Below are positions 26,871-35,277 of a DNA stretch of 64,000 bases, piece after piece. The notes below the pieces were generated by a model that worked only from the letters and a program-made list of their open reading frames with translations, did no database searches and was not told the DNA's origin. Every line of letters starts with the position of its first letter. The stretch's first letter is position 1. Origin of the DNA: a virus; the IMG/VR virus record IMGVR_UViG_3300045988_105534; one strand, 5' to 3'. A program made the translations under genes and the position numbers.

Positions 26871-28940
26871 ATGTGTACACCAATGAATGAAAACTGGAGT
26901 AACTTTTTAAGCAAATTGTCAGAGCATTTAAATAAAATGCTCGACTATGTAGAGAAAAACAATTCTACATTGTATGAAACCGACATTGATAAGGATGAAC
27001 TTTGGGAAGTATATCTGAGTAGTTTTCCTGAAGGAACCAATAAGATGTATCGCAAGCGACGAGAATATGATTGTGGGCATTGCCGAAACTTCATTAAAAC
27101 AATCGGTGGAGCTGTGGCAATTGTTGATGGCAAGATTCATACGATCTGGGAGATTGATACCGATGACGTAGTATTTCAGCCAGTAGTTGATGCTTTACGA
27201 ACATATGTAGAATCAAAACCGATCAAAGACATTTGGAGACATTTTACAAATACAGTTGGTACAAAAACGACAAATGAGTATACAGAAGATAAGCAGATTA
27301 TCAAATGGACTCATATGTATACACCGATTCCAGAGAGATTACTGGAAAAGAAATCTGATATTCCTACAGCGAAAGCAAAAGTGAGGGATCGAAAGAATGT
27401 GTTCAAAAGATCACTTGATGAAATCACAGAAGAAGCTGTTGATACAGTGTTAGAGCTGATCGCTTCAAATACTCTTTACAGAGGACAGGAATGGGAAAGA
27501 GTATTAAAAGATTTTAGAAAATATCAGCGAGAATACAACGGTTTGTCTGATGTAGAAAAAGATACATACACATGGACAAAAGCCATGACGATCGGAGATG
27601 TAATTGGTCGTATTAGAAACCATAGTATCGGTACATTACTTGTGAATATCAGCGAAGGTATGGATTTAGATAATGCAGTAAAAGCTTATGAAAATGTTGT
27701 AGCTCCTGCAAATTACAAACGACCAAAGGCAATTTTTACAAAGAAAATGCTTGAGGATGCAAAGAAAACTGTAACCGATTTAGGATATATGGATTCATTA
27801 CAGCGTAGATTTGCAAGACTTGATGATATTACAGTAAACAATATTCTGTTTTGTAATCGTGATGCAGCACCACGTATTCAGGGTGGCTTAGATATTTTTG
27901 ACGAGATGAGCAAGGAAGTCGCTGTAAATCCTAAGAAATTTTCTAAAGTAGAAGAGATCAGTGCAGAGAAATTTGTATCAGATGTTCTACCAACAGCAAA
28001 AGAATTAGAAGTTCTGTTTGAAAATCGTCACAAGAAGAACATGGTCTCACTGATCGCACCTGTAAACAAAGATGCTAAGAATATGATGAAGTGGAGCAAT
28101 CCTTTCAGTTGGGTGTACTCAGGAAATATGACAGATAGTGAAATGAAAGAACGAGTTAAGAACGCAGGCGGAGCAGTTGATGGAGTCTTAAGATTTTCAA
28201 TTCAGTGGAACGCAGGAAAAGATTGGAATAGGGATGATTTTGATGCACATTGTAAAACACCTTGTCACCATATTTTCTTTGGACAGATGCTTGATCATAA
28301 AACACGAGGCAGACTTGATGTTGATGTGATTAATCCAGTAAAAGGCGAACCTGCCGTAGAGAATATCACATGGGCAGACAAAACCCAGATGGTTGATGGA
28401 GATTATGAATTTTTCGTACGCAATTATTGCCATAACAACGGTACATCAGGATTTACAGCAGAGATTGAGTTTGATGGTCAGATTTATGAATTTGAATACG
28501 ACAAACCTTTAAAACAGGGACAGAACGTACCAGTGGCTACAGTTACATTAAAAGATGGAGTGTTCACAATCAAAGAGAAACTTCCATCAACAACATCTTC
28601 AAGAGAAATCTGGGGCATCAATACAAATCAGTTTGTGCCAGTAACAGTAATGTGTTATTCCCCTAACTATTGGGACGAACAGACAGGTATTGGACATAAA
28701 CATTATCTGTTTATGTTAAACGGATGTGTAAATGATGATACTCCAAATGGATTTTTCAATGAGTTTTTGAAGCAGGAATTAGTACAGCACAAGAGAGTAT
28801 TCGAGGCTTTAGGAAGTAAGATGCATGTCGCAGATGATCCAAACCAGTTATCAGGAATTGGTTTCAGTTCTACAAAACGAGATGGTGTGATCGTCAAAGT
28901 CAAAGGTGCAACAGAAAGAGTTCTTAAAATTAAATTTTAA
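26871..28940 (+). CDS. Hypothetical large protein (689 aa)
   Basis: AAAGGAGA Shine-Dalgarno; YDCGHCRNF Cys motif; no confident family. Confidence 0.6.
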   Translation: MCTPMNENWSNFLSKLSEHLNKMLDYVEKNNSTLYETDIDKDELWEVYLSSFPEGTNKMYRKRREYDCGHCRNFIKTIGGAVAIVDGKIHTIWEIDTDDVVFQPVVDALRTYVESKPIKDIWRHFTNTVGTKTTNEYTEDKQIIKWTHMYTPIPERLLEKKSDIPTAKAKVRDRKNVFKRSLDEITEEAVDTVLELIASNTLYRGQEWERVLKDFRKYQREYNGLSDVEKDTYTWTKAMTIGDVIGRIRNHSIGTLLVNISEGMDLDNAVKAYENVVAPANYKRPKAIFTKKMLEDAKKTVTDLGYMDSLQRRFARLDDITVNNILFCNRDAAPRIQGGLDIFDEMSKEVAVNPKKFSKVEEISAEKFVSDVLPTAKELEVLFENRHKKNMVSLIAPVNKDAKNMMKWSNPFSWVYSGNMTDSEMKERVKNAGGAVDGVLRFSIQWNAGKDWNRDDFDAHCKTPCHHIFFGQMLDHKTRGRLDVDVINPVKGEPAVENITWADKTQMVDGDYEFFVRNYCHNNGTSGFTAEIEFDGQIYEFEYDKPLKQGQNVPVATVTLKDGVFTIKEKLPSTTSSREIWGINTNQFVPVTVMCYSPNYWDEQTGIGHKHYLFMLNGCVNDDTPNGFFNEFLKQELVQHKRVFEALGSKMHVADDPNQLSGIGFSSTKRDGVIVKVKGATERVLKIKF

Positions 28941-28959
28941 TATAAAAGGAGATTAAATT

Positions 28960-29349
28960 ATGACAACAGAAAATTTATTCGAAATGGCTACTAGAAACAA
29001 AATGAGATTCCCATCTACAAAAGGCGAATTATCTGTAGAAGATTTATGGGATTTATCTGATAAAGATTTAGACGTGGTTTACAAAAATCTGAAAGATCAG
29101 GAAGTTAAATCTTCAGAAGAAAGCCTGTTGGATGATGCAAATGTTGATTCAAAATTAACGGTTGCGATTGGTATTGTGAAGTATATCTTTACAACAAAAC
29201 GTAATGAGAGACTTGCTGAGAAGGAACGTATTAATAAGAAACTGACACAGAGAAAATATATTGATGCTCTTTCCAAGAAACAGGATGAGGCTATTGAGAA
29301 GATGTCAGAAGCAGAATTACGTGCGATGATTGATTCTTTAGAAGATTAA
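28960..29349 (+). CDS. Hypothetical protein (129 aa)
   Basis: AAAGGAGA Shine-Dalgarno. Confidence 0.6.
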   Translation: MTTENLFEMATRNKMRFPSTKGELSVEDLWDLSDKDLDVVYKNLKDQEVKSSEESLLDDANVDSKLTVAIGIVKYIFTTKRNERLAEKERINKKLTQRKYIDALSKKQDEAIEKMSEAELRAMIDSLED

Positions 29350-29406
29350 GACAATATGCCTGAGCGTCCGTTTGGACGTTCGGGTGCTTAAAGAAAGGAG
29401 ATTACG

Positions 29407-29874
29407 ATGATTTATAAATTAGAATTAGGTGATTGGTCGGGAGACGGACATAAAATATCAGAAAGTTTTTTATTTGATTGTAACTATGATATTCATAAAA
29501 TTCGACAAGCGTATAAAGACAGTTGTAAAAAGCTAGGAGTAGCTTTTAATTACAATGAAGATTATACGGGTCTAGGTCTTGGTTATAGAAGTGAGAGATT
29601 GATTTGGACAGAGTATCAAGAATCAGAAATGAGCGAAACAGCATTTGAAATTTTAAATAATTCTGGGTGTTTTAAAGAGGTTGATTTCTATAAAGAAGAT
29701 GGCGTGTATTATATCGAAGAAAGGAAAGACTGTGCAAAACTTATTATGAATTTTATTGCACTGTCTATGCCTAAAGATTTTCGATATAAGCTTGTCCAAG
29801 AGCCAAAAGTTGAATCGATTAATAGTTGGAATGATGAACTGAGACAGCACTTTGGGTATGGATTATTTGATTAA
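29407..29874 (+). CDS. Hypothetical protein (155 aa)
   Basis: AAAGGAGA Shine-Dalgarno. Confidence 0.6.
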   Translation: MIYKLELGDWSGDGHKISESFLFDCNYDIHKIRQAYKDSCKKLGVAFNYNEDYTGLGLGYRSERLIWTEYQESEMSETAFEILNNSGCFKEVDFYKEDGVYYIEERKDCAKLIMNFIALSMPKDFRYKLVQEPKVESINSWNDELRQHFGYGLFD

Positions 29875-29904
29875 TCAAACAGTAATTTAAAGGAAGGAGA
29901 GAAA

Positions 29905-30867
29905 ATGAGACAGATTACAGACACACATACAGGAGAAATTATCTCCGATACAGATTTAACATTAGAATACTTATTCGTTGGTGATTATGGCAAGAAAAAC
30001 AACATTAAGGCAGATTTTCTTGGGTATGATAAACGAATTGAAAAAGTTGAACATAAACCAGTTGATATTAGAGAAAAATTAGTTGTGACTGTTTCGTCAC
30101 AGAAAGGTTGCCCGATGCATTGCAATTTCTGTGATTGCCCTAAACTTGGATTTAAAGGAAACGCATCGTTGCCAGAGTTAATGATGGAGATCACTTCTGG
30201 AATTGCTTTATCAGGAATCAGACATGGAGAACGATTAAATGTACATTATGCAAGAATGGGAGAGCCTACATTTAATCAAAATGTAATTGCTTCGGCTAAA
30301 CAGATTGCACATATGTTAGCAGATCCAGACAGTGATATACATTTCAACACATATCATCCAGTAATTTCTACAATGATGCCAAAGGCAAATAATAATTTAA
30401 AAGAATTTTTACATAAATGGGTTAAAACTGGATTTGAATATGGTGAAGAAGATGGCTTTGGTCTTCAGTTCTCTATCAATACTCTTAATGAAGAACAAAG
30501 AAATGAAATGTTTCGAGGATGTTCATTATCTTTAACAGAGATCGGAGGCATTATTGATTGGTTACCAATGCCAAAGAAGCGTAAGTATACATTGAATTTT
30601 GCTGTTACATCCAAAAGTAATTTAGACGTAGATTTGATGAACAAGTATTTCGATAAGGAAAAATGCATTGTCAAGATTACTCCTATCCATGAAACAGTTG
30701 AAGCAGTTGACGAAGGATATGAGATTGTAACAGATTTTGATGTATATGAAAAATTTGAACAACCACTTGTAAAAGACGGTTGGGATGTAATTGTATTTGT
30801 TCCATCGAAAGAAGAAGACGCAGATAGAATTACATGTGGAAATTCATTAATTGCATTAGGAAATTAA
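29905..30867 (+). CDS. Radical SAM enzyme, RlmN/Cfr-like (putative RNA or DNA C-methylating enzyme)
   Basis: VSSQKGCPMHCNFCDC is a CX3CX2C cluster in RlmN-style VSSQ.GC context. RMGEPT is a glycine-rich SAM motif. C-terminal ITCGNSL resembles the RlmN AACGQL catalytic Cys motif. Confidence 0.6.
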   Translation: MRQITDTHTGEIISDTDLTLEYLFVGDYGKKNNIKADFLGYDKRIEKVEHKPVDIREKLVVTVSSQKGCPMHCNFCDCPKLGFKGNASLPELMMEITSGIALSGIRHGERLNVHYARMGEPTFNQNVIASAKQIAHMLADPDSDIHFNTYHPVISTMMPKANNNLKEFLHKWVKTGFEYGEEDGFGLQFSINTLNEEQRNEMFRGCSLSLTEIGGIIDWLPMPKKRKYTLNFAVTSKSNLDVDLMNKYFDKEKCIVKITPIHETVEAVDEGYEIVTDFDVYEKFEQPLVKDGWDVIVFVPSKEEDADRITCGNSLIALGN

Positions 30868-30887
30868 ATTGAAGAGGATGATTAAAC

Positions 30888-31220
30888 ATGGAAATTAAAG
30901 CAAAATGGACAGGTCGTGGTTTTGCACATTGCGTTGGAGAATGGAAGCTTTATGTTGATGGCAAAGATGTTACAGATAAGATTCCAGAAGACTTACGCAC
31001 AGAATCTATGAATACGTATAAGAGATATGAACGATGGTACTTTAAGGGTTGGGACGTAGAATGGGAATCATATTATGACGGACTAAAGCAAGATGAATGG
31101 ATTGAGTCTAATAAGTATTGGTTAGATGAAATTACAACAGACATTGATGTCCAGCGTCAGATCTTCAAAGCAATCAATGAAGAGGATTTTCGCACTAATT
31201 CTTGTGGCGGATGTATTTAG
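30888..31220 (+). CDS. Hypothetical protein (110 aa)
   Basis: GAAGAGGA Shine-Dalgarno. Confidence 0.55.
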   Translation: MEIKAKWTGRGFAHCVGEWKLYVDGKDVTDKIPEDLRTESMNTYKRYERWYFKGWDVEWESYYDGLKQDEWIESNKYWLDEITTDIDVQRQIFKAINEEDFRTNSCGGCI

Positions 31221-31285
31221 TAACAAGATTATGACATCTATATATGGTGTTGTGATAAATAAATTTTATAACAAAGGAGATATTT

Positions 31286-32746
31286 ATGATTGAAGTAATT
31301 GGAACAGTGGTACCAGTGGTTATTGCGGTAGGTGGCGTAGGAGCTATTATCGGTAGCGGTTATGTCAAAGCAAGTCCAGATAAAGCTTATATTATTTCTG
31401 GACTTAGAAAGACACCTAAGACATTAATTGGTAAGGCAGGGTTAAAAATCCCATTCTTTGAAAAAGCAGATCATCTTAATCTTGAGTTAATTCCAATTGA
31501 TGTTAAGACATCAAGTTCTGTGCCTACAGCAGATTATATCAATATCAATGTAGATGCAGCGGTCAATGTAAAGGTTAGCAGTAATCCAGAAAGATTAAAA
31601 CTTGCAGCAGAAAACTTCTTAAATAAGCCAGTAGGCGATATTGGACAGGTCGCAAGAGAAGTCCTTGAAGGTAATATGCGAGAGATCGTTGGAAAGATGA
31701 GCCTCGAAGAAATGGTTTCTGATCGTCAGAAATTTGCACAGCTTGTTACAGAAAATGCGAAGCCAGACCTTGCTGCAATGGGACTAGATATCATCAGTTT
31801 TAATGTGCAGAATTTTATGGATGATAATGATGTTATTGAAAATCTTGGTGTAGATAATGTTGTTAAAATTCAGAAGAAGGCTGCAATTTCCAGAGCTGAA
31901 AGCGAAAGAGATATTGAAAAAGCAAAAGCAATGGCTGAAAAAGAAGCGAATGATGCAAGGGTTGAGTCAGAAACAGCGATCGCAGAAAAGAATAACAATC
32001 TGGAAATTAAAAAATCTGAACTTGAGAAGATTTCAAAAGCAAAGAAGGCTGAGGCAGATGCAGCATACAAGATCCAGGAAGAAAAATCACGTAAAGAAAT
32101 TGAAATTGTAACTGCGGATGCTAATATTATGCGGCAGGAAAAAGAAATTGAACTGAAACGTAAAGACGTTGAGGTAACAGAGCAGACATTAGATGCACAG
32201 ATCAAGAAACAGGCAGAGGCTGAAAGATATGCCTCTCAGCAGAAAGCAGATGCAGATTTATATAAGAGACAGAAAGAGTCAGAAGCTAATAAATATGCTA
32301 AAGAAAAAGAAGCTGAATCTACAAAATATGCTATGGAGCAGGAAGCTGAAGGTATTCGTGCAAAGGGTGTAGCAGAAGCCGAGGCAATCAAAGCTAAAGG
32401 TATTGCTGAAGCAGAAGCAATCGAAAAGAAAGCAGAAGCCATGAAACAGATGGGTAAAGCATCTATTGTAGAAATGATGTGTCAGATGTTCCCAGAGGCA
32501 GTTAAAAATGCAGCCGCACCATTAGGAAATGTAGGAAGTATCACTATGTATGGAGAAGGAAACACAACAAAATTAACAAAAGATATTATGAATGTTGTGA
32601 ATCAGGTATCAGATGGTGTTAAAGGATCTACAGGTGTTGATCTTGCAAAGATGTTAAAAGATTTTGTTTCTGAAGATAACGAAGTAGAATCTACAGATAA
32701 TGTTGGTCAGCCAGAAGTATATTCAGACGATTATCGTGAGTTCTAA
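31286..32746 (+). CDS. Flotillin-like SPFH/Band-7 family membrane protein
   Basis: N-terminal transmembrane helix, then an SPFH domain, then a long E/A-rich coiled coil (AEAEAIKAKGIAEAEAIEKKAEA) and a C-terminal flotillin tail. 486 aa. Confidence 0.85.
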   Translation: MIEVIGTVVPVVIAVGGVGAIIGSGYVKASPDKAYIISGLRKTPKTLIGKAGLKIPFFEKADHLNLELIPIDVKTSSSVPTADYININVDAAVNVKVSSNPERLKLAAENFLNKPVGDIGQVAREVLEGNMREIVGKMSLEEMVSDRQKFAQLVTENAKPDLAAMGLDIISFNVQNFMDDNDVIENLGVDNVVKIQKKAAISRAESERDIEKAKAMAEKEANDARVESETAIAEKNNNLEIKKSELEKISKAKKAEADAAYKIQEEKSRKEIEIVTADANIMRQEKEIELKRKDVEVTEQTLDAQIKKQAEAERYASQQKADADLYKRQKESEANKYAKEKEAESTKYAMEQEAEGIRAKGVAEAEAIKAKGIAEAEAIEKKAEAMKQMGKASIVEMMCQMFPEAVKNAAAPLGNVGSITMYGEGNTTKLTKDIMNVVNQVSDGVKGSTGVDLAKMLKDFVSEDNEVESTDNVGQPEVYSDDYREF

Positions 32747-32760
32747 TAGGAGAAATTATT

Positions 32761-33495
32761 ATGACAATTATTATTATTTGTGTAATTATAGCGATTATCG
32801 CATATTTGCAATTTACTAAAAATGGAAAACAGATTAAAAATGTGGCATCTGGAACAGTTACAGAGAAAATCAAAGAAAATGCAATGACTCCAGAGGGAGC
32901 AAGAGCCAGATATAATACTGCAATTAAAGACAAGCAGGACTTCTACCAGAAAACAATGGGTACATACACAATGGTAGCTGGTCGATTGGCAACAATGGAA
33001 GATGACCTCAAAGAAACAAAAGAAGAAATTTCTAAAACCGAGGTAATGATCAACCAGTATCTTGATAACAATGATGATAAAAAAGCAATGTATTATGCTC
33101 AAAAATTAGCCACGTTAAAGGCACAAAAATCAGTGTACGAAAAGAAGATCCCAGAGTTGCAAGCAACAAAAGATAAGCAAGAAGAAATTAAAAACCAAGC
33201 ATATGATCAGCTTATTAAACTAAAAGGCGAAAAAGACACTGTAGTTCTCCAGATGGATGCAGATCAGCAGATTGCAGAATTGCAGAAAAATTTAGATCAA
33301 TACAATAGTTCAAATGCTGCTCAGGAAGGTTTGGAAGAGGTTCGAGAAGGAGCAAAGAAACTTAGCGAACAAGCCAAAGGCGTTGCTATTGCGTATGAAT
33401 CTAGTGCAGAAACATTGGATTATCATATGGAACAAGAAGAGCGACAGCAAGAAGCTAAAGCCATATTAGATCAGATGAAAAATGCTCGCAAATAA
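32761..33495 (+). CDS. Membrane-anchored coiled-coil protein, PspA/IM30-like (tentative)
   Basis: N-terminal transmembrane helix followed by about 200 aa of heptad-rich coiled coil. Adjacent to the flotillin gene, as in PspA-SPFH operons. Weak assignment. Confidence 0.35.
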   Translation: MTIIIICVIIAIIAYLQFTKNGKQIKNVASGTVTEKIKENAMTPEGARARYNTAIKDKQDFYQKTMGTYTMVAGRLATMEDDLKETKEEISKTEVMINQYLDNNDDKKAMYYAQKLATLKAQKSVYEKKIPELQATKDKQEEIKNQAYDQLIKLKGEKDTVVLQMDADQQIAELQKNLDQYNSSNAAQEGLEEVREGAKKLSEQAKGVAIAYESSAETLDYHMEQEERQQEAKAILDQMKNARK

Positions 33496-33536
33496 CGGAT
33501 AAATTCATCTACAAAAATTAATTTCACAAACATAAA

Positions 33537-33622
33537 ACTGGCATTTTATGACTCTATAAAACACAATATATAGTGATTATCCAATTATTGAACCACTATA
33601 TATAGTTGTATAAAGTGCCAGT
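33537..33622. repeat. Long imperfect inverted repeat abutting the tRNA 5' end
   Basis: ACTGGCATTTTAT...CACAATATATAGTG pairs with CACTATATATAGTTG...ATAAAGTGCCAGT. Confidence 0.55.
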
Positions 33623-33625
33623 CAT

Positions 33626-33763
33626 GGAAACATAGCTCAGTTGGTAGAGCAGGCAATACATAAACATTCATTTTTCTACCTCCATATAAGTATTTTTATT
33701 TATTTACATTTAATTTTCATCACATATAAATTGCCGACACAGGTTCGATTCCTGTTGTTTCCA
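33626..33763 (+). tRNA. tRNA gene (anticodon loop reads UACAUAA, so CAU-like for Met or Ile2) interrupted by a ~67-nt AT-rich insertion next to the anticodon loop
   Basis: Acceptor GGAAACA/TGTTTCC is perfect. D-arm GCTC-AGTTGGTA-GAGC. Anticodon stem GGCAA/TTGCC. T-arm ACAGG-TTCGATT-CCTGT. Discriminator A. 74 nt lie between the anticodon stem halves. Confidence 0.6.
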
Positions 33764-33765
33764 CT

Positions 33766-33802
33766 AAAAAAGACCTCAACCTAAATGGTTAAAGTCTTTT
33801 TG
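33766..33802. terminator. Bidirectional rho-independent terminator
   Basis: AAAAGAC ... GTCTTTTT hairpin with A-run and T-run on the two sides, between convergent transcription units. Confidence 0.6.
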
Positions 33803-33803
33803 G

Positions 33804-34007
33804 TTAATCGTTTGGTATGACCTCGATAACATCTTCAACTTTGCAATCAAGATATAAGCAAATTTTGTCAATGTTTTCGAGACTGATATACTGATTCTTT
33901 GCCATCTTGGCAATTGTACCAGACCCCATATTTAAAGCGGTTCGTAAATCAGATTTTGTCATACCCTTTTTCGCTAAAGTTACGAAAAGCGGTTTATAAC
34001 TTATCAT
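33804..34007 (-). CDS. XRE-family HTH transcriptional regulator (67 aa)
   Basis: MISYKPLFVTLAKKGMTKSDLRTALNMGSGTIAKMAKNQYISLENIDKICLYLDCKVEDV. GGAGGT Shine-Dalgarno 7 nt before the ATG at 34007. The track ORF was extended upstream. Confidence 0.8.
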   Translation of the reverse strand: MISYKPLFVTLAKKGMTKSDLRTALNMGSGTIAKMAKNQYISLENIDKICLYLDCKVEDVIEVIPND

Positions 34008-34028
34008 ATGATATACCTCCACATCTAT

Positions 34029-34057
34029 ATTGTAACATATTATATACAGGATGTAAA
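34029..34057 (-). promoter_or_regulatory. Leftward promoter for the XRE regulator (TTTACA-17-TACAAT on the minus strand)
   Basis: Read from the reverse complement of 34029-34057. Confidence 0.5.
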
Positions 34058-34088
34058 ATAAAATATTCAATAAGTTGAAGATTTTGTA

Positions 34089-34117
34089 TTGACACTATGT
34101 GCAATAAGTGGTATATT
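34089..34117 (+). promoter_or_regulatory. Rightward consensus promoter TTGACA-17-TATATT, divergent from the XRE gene
   Basis: TTGACA at 34089-94 and TATATT at 34112-17. Confidence 0.65.
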
Positions 34118-34173
34118 ATATTCAACAAATGAAAGATAAACTTCAAGAAAATGAAATATGAAGGAGTGAGAAA

Positions 34174-34581
34174 ATGTCAAATAAAATTTACAGATATTAT
34201 CAACCAAACGATAAAGATACAAAAGACAATCATTCAGATTGCGTGATCAGAGCATTAACAAAAGTGCTTGATAAAGAATGGTTAACAACATTTGATGATT
34301 TGTTACCATACGCAAGGGATATGCAGTGTATGCCATCAGAGCGAAAATGTTACGAAGAATATTTATTCGATAATGGGTTTGCTTATCAAGGTATTAGCAA
34401 CCGAAAAGGATCTAAACGACCAACAGTTGAAAGTTTTGCAAAAGATCATAAACAAGGCAATTACTTGGTAAATGTTGCGAATCATGTAGTTGCAATTTCA
34501 GACGGTTGTTATTACGACACATGGGATTCTGGAGATTGTTGCTTGTATGGATATTACTATAAGGAAGAAGGAGAGAAATAA
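34174..34581 (+). CDS. Hypothetical protein with conserved Cys/His pair (possible papain-like amidase or peptidase fold)
   Basis: NHSDCVIRAL ... NHVVAISDGCYYDTWDSG; GAAGGAGTGAG Shine-Dalgarno. Confidence 0.55.
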   Translation: MSNKIYRYYQPNDKDTKDNHSDCVIRALTKVLDKEWLTTFDDLLPYARDMQCMPSERKCYEEYLFDNGFAYQGISNRKGSKRPTVESFAKDHKQGNYLVNVANHVVAISDGCYYDTWDSGDCCLYGYYYKEEGEK

Positions 34582-34869
34582 ATGAGAAAGAAAATTTTGG
34601 CAACGGTTCTAGGAACAACGATTTGCTTAGGATCAATGACAGGATGTACCGCAGGATTCAAAAGAGGAGTTGTTGATATGAAAAGCAATTGGAATGGTGG
34701 TATGAATAGAGTCATTACAGTATACACGGCAGACGGTAAGAAGATTGCTGAATATAAAGGAAAAATTGATATTGATACAAATGATGGTGGATATGTCAAG
34801 TTTGACTACAAAGGTAAGAGATATATTTATTATAACTGTTTTGTAGAGAGTATCGCAGATATTGATTAG
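34582..34869 (+). CDS. Lipoprotein (95 aa)
   Basis: MRKKILATVLGTTICLGSMTGC shows a lipobox. Confidence 0.7.
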   Translation: MRKKILATVLGTTICLGSMTGCTAGFKRGVVDMKSNWNGGMNRVITVYTADGKKIAEYKGKIDIDTNDGGYVKFDYKGKRYIYYNCFVESIADID

Positions 34870-34884
34870 AGAGGAGAGAAACAA

Positions 34885-35277
34885 ATGAATTTAGAAGAAA
34901 CTATCAAATGCGCAAATGATATGACAACAAAGAAATACACAGAAGCCATGTTGTGTCATGCGAATCCAGACGATGAAGAACTTGATGGATTGATTGACTG
35001 TGCCTTAAATCATGAGCAACTTGCGAAGTGGCTGGGAGAATTGAAAGAGTTAAAAGAATATAAAGAAAAGTATAGATGGCATGACTTAAGAAAGAATCCT
35101 GATGATCTGCCAGAAGATATTAAGTACGTTTGGGTTTTTATAAAAGGTGAATGCACTCATAGGTCATGGCACGATTCTCATGGATGGAGAAGGCGTAACA
35201 GTAACATTTTATACTATAACGACGAAAGTGTTTTGGCGTGGAGAGAGATTGAAGAGTTTAAAAGTGAGGGGAAATAA
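34885..35277 (+). CDS. Hypothetical protein (130 aa)
   Basis: GAGAGGAGAG Shine-Dalgarno. Confidence 0.6.
   Translation: MNLEETIKCANDMTTKKYTEAMLCHANPDDEELDGLIDCALNHEQLAKWLGELKELKEYKEKYRWHDLRKNPDDLPEDIKYVWVFIKGECTHRSWHDSHGWRRRNSNILYYNDESVLAWREIEEFKSEGK

Noticed and set aside
29350-29395. GC-rich hairpin GAGCGTCCGTTTGGACGTTC after ORF 28960-29349 as a terminator
   Set aside because: A stable stem but no downstream U-tract. More likely an mRNA-stabilising or processing hairpin, so it is not called as a terminator.
31857-32442. Alternative-frame ORFs (plus and minus) inside the flotillin gene
   Set aside because: These are artefacts of the repetitive GAA/GCA-rich coiled-coil coding sequence, which gives open frames on both strands. 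The flotillin frame has domain support.
33804-34070. Longer 88-aa version of the XRE ORF
   Set aside because: The upstream 21 codons are hydrophobic filler without a ribosome-binding site. GGAGGT sits 7 nt before the internal ATG at 34007, giving a typical 67-aa HTH protein.
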